NCBI GenBank assembly: GCA_021785935.1
Contig: JAJYOG010000006.1
Span: 2,804-66,803, forward strand
Reading direction: 5' to 3'
Length of the DNA stretch: 64,000 nucleotides
Source of the DNA: Actinomycetes bacterium
GTDB taxonomy: Bacteria; Actinomycetota; Thermoleophilia; BMS3ABIN01
Part shown: positions 36,382-48,440 of the stretch, piece by piece
Numbering within the stretch: position 1 is the first letter of the stretch
Layout: the number at the start of each line of letters is the position of its first letter
The notes under the pieces: model-generated
What the model was told of the DNA's origin: nothing
The model's input: only the letters and a program-made list of their open reading frames with translations
The model's database searches: none
Translations under genes and position numbers: made by a program

Positions 36382-38140
36382 ATGGCCTCATCATTTCGTT
36401 GTCCTCATGCTCAAGTATGTGGCAGTGGTAAACATAGCGCGCCGGCGCTTTGGCGCCTGATGGCAGATCGAACTTAGCTATCAGGCGCACTATCTCCAGC
36501 GGCCCCGACTGCACGGTGTCCTTCCAGCCAGATTCTTCGGGTCTGGGCGGTACCGGCGGCCCGGTCAAGAAATCAGCGAATGAAGGGCGAGGGCTGGAGC
36601 CGGTCCTCCATGCGTACCAGGGGTTAAAGAAGCTGTTGCCGTCGAGGGCCTGGCGGTTGAGAACCTGGAACTGGACCAGGTGAAGATGGATGGGGTGATT
36701 CATCAGCGTCGCGTTATAAACCTCCCAAATCTCCGTGGTTCCGGCCTTGGGTTGCTCCTCCACCGGGTCAGCGAAGTACCTGGCGTTGATGAGCAGACTG
36801 GTCATGCCGGTGCGGGGTTCGCCGCCAAGGTCCGGATCTACGGTCTCCGAGGCGGGAACCTGGTTCTCGTACAGAACAATCTCTCTTGCTGGAATACCGG
36901 GGGTCGCGGCAAGCGCGGCAATGGGCGGCAGCACCAGGCGTGCCGGTGGGCTGGAGTCGGTGGCGCCGTTCAGCGGCTTGCTAACCCGGAATTGCATGAT
37001 TTCGGAGAGGCTGGGGCCTCCCCCTTCGGGGAGAGGCGCAGCGGCATCGTTCCTGAGAGTAATATTAGCAGTTTCCATCCCTGAAAAATCGACCATCAGG
37101 TCATAGCGCTCGGCTGGAGCAATCAGCAAACGGTTCATCTCCGCGGGCTTGGCGAGGAGCCCTCCGTCTGACCCGATTATGTTGAACGGTATCTGCTTGC
37201 CCGCGGCGGTCTCCAGTCTGAGATTGTAATAGCGCGCCTGTGAAGCATTGAGGAGGCGCAGGCGGTAGCGGCGGGGCTCGACTTCCAGATACGGAAATGC
37301 CTTGCCGTTGACGATAGCGATATCACCGAAAAAATGGGGGTTCCAGACAGGATGCACGGCGGTGTTGCCCCGGAGCGGATAGTGCAGTGACCCGTCAGCG
37401 TTGATCATTCTGTCCTGGATCATGATCGGAATTTCGTAATCCCCCCGAGGGAGATCGAGCTTATCCTCAGTCTCATCCCTGATGATGTAAAAACCGGCGA
37501 GGCCCATATAGACGTTTAACCGCGTGATCCCCATGGCATGATCGTGGTACCAAAGGGTGGCCGCCTGCTGGGAGTTGGGATAAACATAATCACCGGCGCT
37601 GTAATCAGGGCCGACGGTAGCGCCGCCGGGTGACGCCCACGCCTCTGGCTGGCCGTCGGACTGTGGTGGTGTATGGCCTCCATGCAGGTGCGTTACCGTG
37701 CGTACTTCGGGATACTGCATTCCGTGATCGATCGATGAATCAATGGCATCGCGGAGCGGATGGGTTTTTGGGAGGGCATCGTTGATCCACTTGATCCGTA
37801 CCGGCCGGCCCGCACGTGCCTCGATTGTCGGCCCCGGAGTATTGCCGCCGTAACCCCAAACCGTGGAGGCAGGCAGCTGTGAATGCAACTGCTGCTGAAA
37901 TTGGGAGATGCCAATTTCGTAGTAATCGCTGCCTGTGAAGGCTTCGGTATCGGGCGTCAGCACGGGCGGCACCGGCAGCGGATCGTTGAATCTGTCGATG
38001 ACGGCTGGAAGCCGGAATTGCGGCGCGACGGTGTCGGCGGTAGAACCGGCATTGCCGCAGCCCAGGGTTAATTCCCACGGCAACAACAGTCCGGCTCCCG
38101 CCATTGAGCCGAGTTGAAGGAATCTCCTCCGTGTGATCAT
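36368..38140 (-). CDS. Multicopper oxidase (CotA/bilirubin oxidase-like), Tat-exported
   Basis: TRRRFL; HLHG, WYHDH, HPIHLH, HCHILEHEDNEMM. Confidence 0.94.
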   Translation of the reverse strand: MITRRRFLQLGSMAGAGLLLPWELTLGCGNAGSTADTVAPQFRLPAVIDRFNDPLPVPPVLTPDTEAFTGSDYYEIGISQFQQQLHSQLPASTVWGYGGNTPGPTIEARAGRPVRIKWINDALPKTHPLRDAIDSSIDHGMQYPEVRTVTHLHGGHTPPQSDGQPEAWASPGGATVGPDYSAGDYVYPNSQQAATLWYHDHAMGITRLNVYMGLAGFYIIRDETEDKLDLPRGDYEIPIMIQDRMINADGSLHYPLRGNTAVHPVWNPHFFGDIAIVNGKAFPYLEVEPRRYRLRLLNASQARYYNLRLETAAGKQIPFNIIGSDGGLLAKPAEMNRLLIAPAERYDLMVDFSGMETANITLRNDAAAPLPEGGGPSLSEIMQFRVSKPLNGATDSSPPARLVLPPIAALAATPGIPAREIVLYENQVPASETVDPDLGGEPRTGMTSLLINARYFADPVEEQPKAGTTEIWEVYNATLMNHPIHLHLVQFQVLNRQALDGNSFFNPWYAWRTGSSPRPSFADFLTGPPVPPRPEESGWKDTVQSGPLEIVRLIAKFDLPSGAKAPARYVYHCHILEHEDNEMMRPYDVV

Positions 38141-38263
38141 AGATTTCTTTTACCTCTTTTAGGCATTGATTAACATTTTTCAACTATGGGTAACCAATAG
38201 CCCACTAGAAAATCCGGGCTGGCAAACGCTCTTCCTTGCCGCCGGTGTCCGAAAGGAGTGGCT

Positions 38264-38551
38264 ATGCCGGTGTATGTGGCGCTGAGCAATCTCACTGAAG
38301 AGGGCAGCAAGACCATCAAGAAAAATCCGGATAGGATCAAGGAAGTGAACAAGGACGTCGAGGCGATGGGCGTGAAGATTCTGGTCCAGTACGCGCTTCT
38401 GGGCCAATACGATTTCATCAACATTCTCGAGGCGCCGGACAACGACACCATCGTCAGGATGTCGGTCGAGATCGGCTCGCGGGGTTCCGTTCAGATGCAG
38501 ACGATGCCGGCTGTGCCGATTGACCAGCTAATCTCAGACCTTAAGGAGTAG
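38264..38551 (+). CDS. GYD domain protein
   Basis: LSNLTEEG...YALLGQYDF...GSVQMQTMPA. Confidence 0.88.
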   Translation: MPVYVALSNLTEEGSKTIKKNPDRIKEVNKDVEAMGVKILVQYALLGQYDFINILEAPDNDTIVRMSVEIGSRGSVQMQTMPAVPIDQLISDLKE

Positions 38552-38556
38552 GTGCC

Positions 38557-38667
38557 ATGGAAAAGTGTAAAAGTAAACCATTTCTATTGATAATGTTGGC
38601 GCTGGCGGCGGCTGTGCTCATCATGGGCTGCAAGAAATGCAAAAACGGTTGCGGCATACAGGAATAG
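38557..38667 (+). CDS. 36-aa membrane/lipoprotein-like Cys-rich microprotein
   Basis: MEKCKSKPFLLIMLALAAAVLIMGCKKCKNGCGIQE; RBS AGGAGTAGGTG. Confidence 0.55.
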   Translation: MEKCKSKPFLLIMLALAAAVLIMGCKKCKNGCGIQE

Positions 38668-38745
38668 ATGAAAACGACGGTGCGCCGAAGGCTTTTTGCT
38701 GAGGCGCGCAAGTTTATCAAATCGCCGTTCTGGTACAATACCCGC

Positions 38746-40155
38746 GTGGCTTCACGCAAGAAAAAATTTGCCAGGTCCAGCTACGATGTAGTAATCGTGG
38801 GCGCGGGACCGGCCGGCATTTTTGCCGCGCTGGAGCTGACGCACAAAAATAGCTGGAGTGTGCTTCTCATCGAGAAGGGCCTGGAGATGCAGAAGCGCAA
38901 ATGCCCGGCCCGCGGCGTCCAGCCGGTGGGCTGCGAGATCGGTTGCCATCCCTGTTCGATTACCTGTGGTTGGGGTGGCGCCGGCGCTTTCAGTGATGGC
39001 AAATTGACCCTTTCTCCGCAGGTGGGCGGCTGGCTCACCGAGTACGTCGGCGAAGAGGGCCTCGCGGAGCTTATTTCCTACGTCGACGGGCTCTGGGTTC
39101 AATATGGCGCCCCGGAGAAGGTGCACGGCACCGACCATGACAAGGTCGAGGAGATCCGCCAGCGCGCCATGCAGATCGGACTGCGTCTGGTCAACGCGCC
39201 TATCCGGCATTTGGGGACAGACCGCTGTCCCAAAGTGCTACAGGCGATGCGCGACGAGCTGGGCGCTTCCGTCGATGTCGCCACCCGGACCACCGTCGCC
39301 AGGATACTGGTTGAAAAAGGTGAAGCCGCCGGCGTCGAGCTGGAGGACGGGCAGGTCATCAATGCAAGGGTGGTAATTGTCGCGCCCGGACGTGAGGGAT
39401 CTTCCTGGATGTTCGACCAGGCGCACGAGCTGGGCCTGGGCATGGTCAACAATGCTGTCGATATCGGCCTGCGCGTCGAAGTGCCGGCAGTGGTCATGGA
39501 GCCGCTCACCAGCGTGCTTTACGAATCCAAGCTTCTTTATTTCTCCAGGAGTTTTGAGGATGAAGTGCGGACTTTCTGCATGAATCCCGACGGATTTGTT
39601 TCCCGGGAAGCCTATGGCGATGTGATTACGGTGAACGGTCACAGTTACAGCGACCGCCAGTCCGGTAATACCAATTTTGCGCTGTTGGTCAGTACCAAGT
39701 TCACCGAGCCGTTCAAGGAGCCGATTACATACGGCAAGTCCATTGCCCGCCTGGCGAACCTGCTGGGCGAGGACATCATCATCCAGCGGCTGGGAGACTT
39801 GCACATCGGTCAGCGTACCACCCCCGAGCGCCTGGCGCGCAGTCCGATTACTCCGACGCTGGCCAAATGTACGCCCGGCGACCTATCTTTCGTCCTTCCT
39901 TTCCGCCACCTGCGTGACATCCTCGACATGCTCGAAGCTCTGGATGAGCTGGTGCCGGGGGTGAATTCGCGTGAAACGCTGCTTTACGGGGTTGAAGTGA
40001 AGTTTTATTCGGCGCGCCTCGAGCTGACCCAAGAGCTGGAAACCAGGGTTAAGAACCTGTACGCTGTCGGCGATGGAGCGGGGGTTACGCGCGGCTTGGT
40101 GCAGGCATCGGCTTCGGGTGTCATCGCCGCGCGCTCGGCGGTGACGCGTCTGTAA
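38746..40155 (+). CDS. FAD-dependent oxidoreductase
   Basis: VVIVGAGPAG, GGAGAFSDGKL, GDGAG; probable GTG start just after TGGTACAAT (leaderless). Confidence 0.88.
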   Translation: MASRKKKFARSSYDVVIVGAGPAGIFAALELTHKNSWSVLLIEKGLEMQKRKCPARGVQPVGCEIGCHPCSITCGWGGAGAFSDGKLTLSPQVGGWLTEYVGEEGLAELISYVDGLWVQYGAPEKVHGTDHDKVEEIRQRAMQIGLRLVNAPIRHLGTDRCPKVLQAMRDELGASVDVATRTTVARILVEKGEAAGVELEDGQVINARVVIVAPGREGSSWMFDQAHELGLGMVNNAVDIGLRVEVPAVVMEPLTSVLYESKLLYFSRSFEDEVRTFCMNPDGFVSREAYGDVITVNGHSYSDRQSGNTNFALLVSTKFTEPFKEPITYGKSIARLANLLGEDIIIQRLGDLHIGQRTTPERLARSPITPTLAKCTPGDLSFVLPFRHLRDILDMLEALDELVPGVNSRETLLYGVEVKFYSARLELTQELETRVKNLYAVGDGAGVTRGLVQASASGVIAARSAVTRL

Positions 40156-40296
40156 GCGGCGGTGACGCGTCTGTAATATAATTCCCCGGACGGAAGGATG
40201 CGGCTCTTTCAGAGGCGTCGCGTTAAGGGAAGCAAAGTTTATCGATGAAGCCGTTCCGGATAATGACGCTGCGGCGCTTCCGCAAAACAAACTTAA

Positions 40297-41598
<1,302 letters not shown>

Positions 41599-41629
41599 GA
41601 CGGCCGGCGGGCTGCCAGCGGAGGCGGGC

Positions 41630-43162
41630 ATGGCCGAAAATTCCGCGCCGGCGATCCCGGACGAATTGATAGGGAAAAAGGCCGCCTGGGTGGCGCTGGC
41701 GGTCATCTGCTTCGGCATCTTTCTGGCGGCTCTCGACCAGACAGCCGTATCGGCGCTGCTGCCTACAATCATCAAGGATTACGAGGGCGCCTTCTCTCCC
41801 ACAGCCGTCGAACGCGCCGGCTGGATCGTCACCGCTTATCTTGTTGGATACACCGTGGTCATGCCGGTTATGGGGCGTCTGGCGGACCTGCTCGGCCACC
41901 GGCTTCTGTTTAACGTTTCCATCCTCATTTTTATCAGCGGCTCGGTAATGTGCGCCCTGGCGCCCAGCCTCAAGTGGCTGGCTGTATTCAGGGCGCTGCA
42001 GGCGGTGGGCGGCGGCGCCATAGTTCCGATTGCCATGGGAGTCGTCGGACTTGGCTTCAGCCGCAAGATGCAGGGGCTTGCCATTGGGATACTGGTGTCG
42101 GCGGGTGAAGCTGGCGGCGTCATCGGCCCCCTTTACGGCGCTCTGACTGCCGAACCGTTTGGTTGGCGCGGCATCTTCTGGATCAACATTCCCCTGGGCC
42201 TGGCTGTCATGGCCGTGGTTTGGCTGCTGGTGCCGCGATGGCCGCGGAGCCGGGTCTATATCGATTACCTGGGCGCGGTACTGCTGGCGATGTTCCTGAC
42301 CCTGATAACCGCGGGGCTCTCCGGCCAGCGGACCCTGGGCTGGTGGGAGTTCACGGTGCCGATGATGGCTGCGGGAATAGTAGTGCTGGTGCTGTTTATC
42401 TGGACCGAACAACGGCAGGAGCATGCGACCCTGCGCCTGAGCATGTTCAGAAATGTTACCTTTTCCGCCGCCAACATCGCGAATCTGCTCGAGGGCGTGG
42501 CCATGATTACGGCGCTGGTGCAGGTGCCGATGTTCGCATACGTGACCAAATCGGCGTCGCCGATCGAAGGCGGACTGCTGGTGATCCGCATGACGGTGAT
42601 GATCCCCATCGGCGCCGTTATCGGCGGACTGCTGGTGAACCGCATCAGCCACCGTTGGACGGCGGCATCGGGATTTGCGCTGGCCGCCCTGGGGATGTTC
42701 CTCGTCAGCCGCTGGCCGGAGACTGTTTCCAGTTCGGTGCAGACCCGCGATCTGATGATCGCCGGCTTTGGTTTCGGGCTGAACAGCCCGGGGCTGGCCG
42801 CCGCGGTCGTGGGGTCGGTGTCACGGGCGCGGATAGCGCTGGGTTCGGCGGTTCATATTGTCGCCAAGACCACTGGGATGATGGTTGGCCTGGCCGCTTT
42901 GAGCGGCTGGGGCATCTATACTTTTGAGAGTACTCTCGATCTGGAGGCGCTGCCGCTCCTGCAGCGGCAGGAAAACTTCGCCGAACAGATGGCGCGCTTG
43001 CAGGCGGTGTTCGAGCAGCGCAGCATGGACGCGATCATGATCGTCCTCCACCGTTTCTTCATAGTCGCCGCGATCATGTGCGCGCTGGCGATCATCCCGT
43101 CACTGATGATCAGGGTGCGGGGCGATGGGGGAGAAGAGGAAGCGGACGATGCGGCCAGGTAA
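41630..43162 (+). CDS. MFS transporter (DHA2-like)
   Basis: LAALDQT, GRLADLLGHR, WRGIFWINIP; about 14 TM. Confidence 0.9.
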   Translation: MAENSAPAIPDELIGKKAAWVALAVICFGIFLAALDQTAVSALLPTIIKDYEGAFSPTAVERAGWIVTAYLVGYTVVMPVMGRLADLLGHRLLFNVSILIFISGSVMCALAPSLKWLAVFRALQAVGGGAIVPIAMGVVGLGFSRKMQGLAIGILVSAGEAGGVIGPLYGALTAEPFGWRGIFWINIPLGLAVMAVVWLLVPRWPRSRVYIDYLGAVLLAMFLTLITAGLSGQRTLGWWEFTVPMMAAGIVVLVLFIWTEQRQEHATLRLSMFRNVTFSAANIANLLEGVAMITALVQVPMFAYVTKSASPIEGGLLVIRMTVMIPIGAVIGGLLVNRISHRWTAASGFALAALGMFLVSRWPETVSSSVQTRDLMIAGFGFGLNSPGLAAAVVGSVSRARIALGSAVHIVAKTTGMMVGLAALSGWGIYTFESTLDLEALPLLQRQENFAEQMARLQAVFEQRSMDAIMIVLHRFFIVAAIMCALAIIPSLMIRVRGDGGEEEADDAAR

Positions 43163-43223
43163 TGAGGATTGAATGATAAAAACTGAAGAAGAGAATGAGA
43201 CATTAAGGTAGAATTATAGGGCT

Positions 43224-43751
43224 ATGATGTTCTACGAAGAAATCCTGAGGGTATTGCAGAAACACAGGGTTCGCTATTTGATCCTTGGCGGAGCCGCGGT
43301 GAATCTTCACGGCGTACCTCGCATGACCGGGGATCTCGACTTGGCAGTAGATATGTCGGAAGACAATATCGATGCTCTGGTTGGGGCGCTGGAGGAAGCC
43401 GGCCTCAAACCGTCATTGCCGATTGATCCACGGGGCCTGACGGATGATTCGCTACGTCAGGAATGGCGTGATAAAAAGCATCTTGAAGCCCTGACTTTCC
43501 AGAGCATGGATGCAGGTGCTCCTTACCGTGAGGTTGACATCATTCTTGATTGTCCGCTGGCTTTTGACGTGATGTTCGAATCGCGCCTGGAATTAAGGGC
43601 CGATGATTTGACCATTAATGTTGTGTCTCTCCCCCATCTAATTGAAATCAAGGGAAAAATAGGCCGGGAGCAGGACCTGTCCGACGTGGAAGCTCTGGAG
43701 AAAATCGAAAAGGAAGTCGGCGGAGGCAATCAGGGAAGTGGTCTTGAATGA
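43224..43751 (+). CDS. Nucleotidyltransferase-fold protein
   Basis: GGAAVNLHGVPRMTGDLDL...GREQDLSD. Confidence 0.8.
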   Translation: MMFYEEILRVLQKHRVRYLILGGAAVNLHGVPRMTGDLDLAVDMSEDNIDALVGALEEAGLKPSLPIDPRGLTDDSLRQEWRDKKHLEALTFQSMDAGAPYREVDIILDCPLAFDVMFESRLELRADDLTINVVSLPHLIEIKGKIGREQDLSDVEALEKIEKEVGGGNQGSGLE

Positions 43752-43930
43752 GCAATGCACGCCGCAAAGGTTACGGCTACCACGTTTCCGAAGAGCAGCT
43801 TCGAAAATACCTGAGCCTGACGACCAAGGAAAAACTCGAGTGGCTTTACGAGGCAAACGAGTTTACCAACAAATTCGCTTCGGGGGGCGCCAAACGTTTG
43901 CATGGCATGTTCCGCCGGGGCGAGATCTAA
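43748..43930 (+). CDS. Small hypothetical protein coupled to the nucleotidyltransferase
   Basis: 60 aa, ATGA overlap, LTTKEKLEWL. Confidence 0.65.
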   Translation: MSNARRKGYGYHVSEEQLRKYLSLTTKEKLEWLYEANEFTNKFASGGAKRLHGMFRRGEI

Positions 43931-43937
43931 ATTTTTC

Positions 43938-45035
43938 CTAAACGTTGAATCTGAAGTTAACGATGTCGCCGTCCATGACCTCGTAATCCTTGCCCTCGAG
44001 GCGCAGCGTTCCCAGCTCCTTGGCTTTGGCCATCGTTCCGGCGCTGATGAAATCCTCATAACCGATCGTCTCGGCGCGGATGAAGCCGCGCTCAATATCG
44101 GAGTGGATCTTGCCGGCGGCCTTGAGGGCATGCGTTCCCCTGCGGATGGTCCAGGCCCGCACTTCGTCGGGGCCGACCGTCAGGAATGAAACCAGCCCCA
44201 GTAGTTCGTAGGCTTCGCTGATAACCCGGTTCATGGCCGGTTCGGGAATGCCCAGGTCCTCGAGGAAAATGGCGGCCTCATCCGGATCCAACTGCGAAAT
44301 TTCGGCCTCGATCTCCGCGGAGAGGGAGAATACCAGGGCGTCCTTGCCGGCATAAAACTTCTTGAGGGCGTCGATCCGGGAAAAAGTTTTCTGGCTGCTG
44401 ATATCGTCCTCGCTGACATTCAGCACCACCAGCTCCGGCTTCAGCGAGGCGAACATCAGGGAGCCGATCGCGGCGCGCTCTTCATCGGTCAGATCGAGGT
44501 TCCGCAGCGGTTTTTCTTCCTCCAGAAGCGCCAGGCACTTTTTCAGTACGTTTTGCTCTGTTTCGAGGCTCTCGCCGATGCCTTTTTTGATCGAGGTGGC
44601 GATGCGCTCGAGACGGGTCTCGGCCAGCTCCAGGTCGTGGAATACCAGCTCCAGCTCGAGTGCGGAGGCGTCACTGGCGGGGTCGACCTCACCGTCGGGA
44701 TGAACGACGCTGGCGTCCTCGAATGCCCGCACCACATGGATGAGCGCGTCGCATTCCCAGATTTGGTTGAAAACCGCGGTTTTCTGCTTGCTGCCCGAGA
44801 TACCCTTGCTGACGCCGGTTATGTCAACGCACTGGACATCGGCGTAGATGGTCTTTTTCGGTTTGAAGATGGCGGTGAGGCGATCGATGCGCTCGTCCGG
44901 CACGTGGACGACACCGACGTGATGCTCCGTGCCGATCGGGTTGGGATAGGGGGCAGCCTCCAGCGTCTGCCCGGTGAGCGCGTTGAATAAAGTGGTTTTG
45001 CCGGCATTCGGCAGACCGATGATTCCCAGTTTCAT
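43938..45035 (-). CDS. ychF: Redox-regulated ATPase YchF
   Basis: GIIGLPNAGKTT, AAGKIHSDIERGFIRAE, FRFNV. Confidence 0.95.
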   Translation of the reverse strand: MKLGIIGLPNAGKTTLFNALTGQTLEAAPYPNPIGTEHHVGVVHVPDERIDRLTAIFKPKKTIYADVQCVDITGVSKGISGSKQKTAVFNQIWECDALIHVVRAFEDASVVHPDGEVDPASDASALELELVFHDLELAETRLERIATSIKKGIGESLETEQNVLKKCLALLEEEKPLRNLDLTDEERAAIGSLMFASLKPELVVLNVSEDDISSQKTFSRIDALKKFYAGKDALVFSLSAEIEAEISQLDPDEAAIFLEDLGIPEPAMNRVISEAYELLGLVSFLTVGPDEVRAWTIRRGTHALKAAGKIHSDIERGFIRAETIGYEDFISAGTMAKAKELGTLRLEGKDYEVMDGDIVNFRFNV

Positions 45036-45058
45036 AGATCCAGCCTCTTCAGTCTCGC

Positions 45059-45317
45059 AATTCGGGGACACAATACTAAATTATTATGATGACGATCATA
45101 CCCGATGATCTGACGGGACGTAATCAGGACATAATAATTTAGTATTGTGTCCCCGTTATTATTGAAAATGTATCTTAGCACGATCTCGCGATCGCTCCCT
45201 TGAGCGGTTAACTCCGGCAGGATAGAATGTCGCGGTAGGCATCAGGAGCCTGCAGCAACGAACATCCCGGAAAAACGAACATCCTGATAAAATAATTTAG
45301 TATTGTGTCCCCGAAAT
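45059..45317. repeat. 24-bp dispersed repeat, copies 2-4 (2 and 3 inverted pair)
   Basis: 45059-45082 forward, 45136-45155 and 45294-45317 reverse. Confidence 0.85.
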
Positions 45318-45338
45318 GACCTGAAATGAGGGGTTTCA

Positions 45339-46616
45339 TTGAAAGTTCTGGTGATCGGATCAGGCGGCAGGGAGCATGCCATCGTTAAAAAGATGGCAGC
45401 CAGCACGCTCGTCGATGAAATCCATTGCGCTCCAGGCAACGCCGGCATCTCGCGTCAGGCAATCTGCCACAACATCCCGGACTCCGATATCCCTGGCATC
45501 CTCGGCCTCACCAAGCAGATCGACCCTGGCCTGGTGGTAATCGGCCCCGAGGCTCCGCTTTGCGAAGGCCTGGGCGATATCCTTCGCGGCGAGGGTTACA
45601 GGGTCTTTGGTCCCGGAAACGAGGCGGCCATGCTTGAGGGCAGCAAGGGCTTCGCCAAGGAAGTAATGATTGCCGCTGGCGTGCCTACGGCCGGATACGA
45701 ACGCTTCATAGAATATGAGGTAGCGATGTCCCATCTCTCCGCCATAACCTTCCCCATTGTGGTCAAGGCAAACGGCCTGGCGGCGGGAAAGGGAGTCATC
45801 ATTGCCGAGGCGATGACGGAAGCAGAGGACGCGCTTCGGTCATGTTTTGTGGACCGTTCCTTCGGCGATGCCGGTCTTGATGTTTTGGTAGAAGAATGTT
45901 TGGTAGGCCACGAATGTTCGGTGCTGGCCCTCTGCGACGGCGAAACTATCCTGCCGCTGGAACCGGCCCAGGATTACAAACGCATCTACGACAGCGACCG
46001 CGGTCCCAACACCGGCGGCATGGGTTGCTACAGCCCGGTGCCGCGGGTTCCTTCCCAACTTGTTGATGAGATTATCGAGACAGTACACCGGCCGACAATT
46101 GCCGAGCTGGCCAGGCGCGGTATTGAATTTCGCGGAGTACTCTATGCCGGCCTGATGCTGACCGCCGACGGTCCCAAGGTGCTTGAGTTCAACTGCCGTT
46201 TTGGGGATCCCGAGACACAGGCGATCCTGCCGAGGCTTGAGAATGACTTGGTTGAATTGATGCTGGCCTGCGCCGACGGCAGCCTCGCCGATCACAAACT
46301 TCGCTGGAAAGAGGAGCGCTGCGTGACCGTGATCATAGCGTCCGCCGGCTATCCCTTGACGTCCAGCAAAGGAGATATCATCAACGGCCTTGGCATCGAT
46401 GGCTGCCTCCCCGGGGTCGACGTCTATCATGCAGGCACCGCGGAAGAGAATGGGCAATTCTTGACGAATGGAGGCCGGGTGCTGGCGATCAGCGCCTTGG
46501 ATCATTCGTTCAGGGCTGCTCGCGCCAGGGCCTACGACGCGGTCGGCAAGGTACGGTTTGACGGTATGCAGTATAGACGTGACATTGCCCAGGAGCCCGC
46601 GCGAGGTGAAGCTTAG
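45339..46616 (+). CDS. purD: Phosphoribosylamine-glycine ligase
   Basis: GSGGREHA, GLAAGKGV, RFGDPE. Confidence 0.98.
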   Translation: MKVLVIGSGGREHAIVKKMAASTLVDEIHCAPGNAGISRQAICHNIPDSDIPGILGLTKQIDPGLVVIGPEAPLCEGLGDILRGEGYRVFGPGNEAAMLEGSKGFAKEVMIAAGVPTAGYERFIEYEVAMSHLSAITFPIVVKANGLAAGKGVIIAEAMTEAEDALRSCFVDRSFGDAGLDVLVEECLVGHECSVLALCDGETILPLEPAQDYKRIYDSDRGPNTGGMGCYSPVPRVPSQLVDEIIETVHRPTIAELARRGIEFRGVLYAGLMLTADGPKVLEFNCRFGDPETQAILPRLENDLVELMLACADGSLADHKLRWKEERCVTVIIASAGYPLTSSKGDIINGLGIDGCLPGVDVYHAGTAEENGQFLTNGGRVLAISALDHSFRAARARAYDAVGKVRFDGMQYRRDIAQEPARGEA

Positions 46617-46661
46617 TGCGTTCGTCAAATTATTTGTTAGCAGCAAGGAAGGAGGACTCGA

Positions 46662-47114
46662 ATGCCAGATACCGTTGAAGAGCTTGAGCCGATGCTGCAG
46701 GAGATGGACTTCGATCCGCCCCTGGTCGGAGTGGTCATGGGCAGCGAGTCCGACCGCGAGGTGATGCAGCCCGCCATCGATCAGCTGACCAGCGACGGCA
46801 TCTCTTATGAAGTCAATGTCATCAGCGCCCACCGCGATTCCAAAAAGCTGTCGGAGTATGCGGAAGGAGCGGCAGGCCGGGGCCTCAAGGTTATCATCGC
46901 CGGCGCCGGCAAGGCCGCGGCGCTTCCGGGAGTTATCGCTTCACTCACTCACCTTCCGGTCATTGGCGTTCCCATCCAGACCAAGGACCTGGGAGGGCTG
47001 GATTCACTGCTCTCGATCGTCCAGATGCCACCCGGCGTGCCCGTGGCGTGCATGGCGATCAACGGCTCGAAGAACGCGGCGATTCTGGCGGCGAAAATCC
47101 TCGCTATTATCTGA
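46662..47114 (+). CDS. purE: N5-CAIR mutase / AIR carboxylase
   Basis: [22 protein letters not shown]. Confidence 0.96.
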   Translation: MPDTVEELEPMLQEMDFDPPLVGVVMGSESDREVMQPAIDQLTSDGISYEVNVISAHRDSKKLSEYAEGAAGRGLKVIIAGAGKAAALPGVIASLTHLPVIGVPIQTKDLGGLDSLLSIVQMPPGVPVACMAINGSKNAAILAAKILAII

Positions 47115-47203
47115 CCGGAGCGGGTTACGAAATCGCGGAGCTAATTTCCGGCCGCTGACACAGAGTATGATCCGCGTTACTTCGCGTTACTTCAGGGGAT
47201 GAA

Positions 47204-47767
47204 ATGATAGATGACATACTATTCCACGAAGTGCAGCATTCCCGCCAGTGGTGGATATGGCTGATTATCGTTCTCGTCACCGCCGGTTCGTGGTATTCGT
47301 TTATCGGGCAGGTTGTGATCGGTACGAGCATTACAGGCAATGCCGCCTCCAATTTTTTCATCATTGTGATCTGGTTGCTGGCTGGCATTATCCTTCCCGG
47401 GTTGTTCTTCTTCCTCAAACTTGATGTAACGGTGAGGCGTGATAGCATCAATATTCGCTATTTTCCTATCCTGAAACGTAGGTACGCCGCCAGGGACATC
47501 AAGCAATCATTTGCGCGCGAATACCGGCCCCTCGTTGAGTACGGGGGTTGGGGCATTCGGTGGTCGCCGGTGAGCGGCTGGGCATATAACACAGGCGGCA
47601 ATCTTGGAGTCCAGCTCTTGCTGGCGGACGGCAGGAAATTATTAATCGGCTCGCAAAAACCGGCTGAGTTGGCAGCAGCCATCGAAACGATGGTGGGAGC
47701 ATCGGGCAAGTCGGAAAGGAAAGGCAAAAAGGGGAAGTCGAAGCTGGGCCGCGGACATGTTGCTTGA
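47204..47767 (+). CDS. Hypothetical membrane protein (YGGWGIR motif)
   Basis: Two TMs; EYGGWGIRW, LIGSQKPAEL. Confidence 0.75.
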   Translation: MIDDILFHEVQHSRQWWIWLIIVLVTAGSWYSFIGQVVIGTSITGNAASNFFIIVIWLLAGIILPGLFFFLKLDVTVRRDSINIRYFPILKRRYAARDIKQSFAREYRPLVEYGGWGIRWSPVSGWAYNTGGNLGVQLLLADGRKLLIGSQKPAELAAAIETMVGASGKSERKGKKGKSKLGRGHVA

Positions 47768-48440
47768 AGAGGTTATGACAAGCCTGAAGAAGCTGGCCAA
47801 TCCCAAGTCAGTCGAGGGGATGGCCCGTTATGGCATCAACCCTGAGGGCACCCTTGGGGTCTCATTACCCAACCTGAGGAAAATAGCCAAGGAGATTGGG
47901 AAGGACCACGAGTTGGCCGCGGAGCTTTGGGCGACAGGAATCCACGAAGCCCGCATCCTCGCAGCTTTGGTGGATGAGCCCGGCCAGGTAACAGTGGAGC
48001 AGATGGATGTATGGGCCACCGGCTTCGATTCCTGGGATGTCTGCGATCAGTGCTGCTGTAATCTTTTCGAAAAGACAGAATACGCCTGGGAGCAACTTGT
48101 CGCCTGGAGTTCGCGCGAGGAGGAGTTCGTCAAACGGGCAGCTTTTGCCCTTATGGCATGCCTCGCCTGGCATGACAAATCTGCGACTGACACCCAGATG
48201 AAGAAGCTCCTGCCGGTCATCAAGCGTGAGTCCTGGGATGAGAGGAATTTTGTAAAGAAGGCGGTTAACTGGGCGCTTAGAAATATTGGCAAGCGGAATG
48301 AAAATCTCAACCGGGCGGCAATCAAGGCCGCCCGGGAAATAGAAAAGCAAGATTCAAAGGCGGCCCGCTGGATCGCACGGGACGCCCTGCGGGAACTAAC
48401 CTCGGACGCAGTTCAAAAACGCTTCAAAGCGGGAATCTAA
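47757..48440 (+). CDS. DNA alkylation repair protein (AlkD-like)
   Basis: SWDVCD, FVKKAVNWALRNIGKRN. Confidence 0.88.
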   Translation: MLLEEVMTSLKKLANPKSVEGMARYGINPEGTLGVSLPNLRKIAKEIGKDHELAAELWATGIHEARILAALVDEPGQVTVEQMDVWATGFDSWDVCDQCCCNLFEKTEYAWEQLVAWSSREEEFVKRAAFALMACLAWHDKSATDTQMKKLLPVIKRESWDERNFVKKAVNWALRNIGKRNENLNRAAIKAAREIEKQDSKAARWIARDALRELTSDAVQKRFKAGI

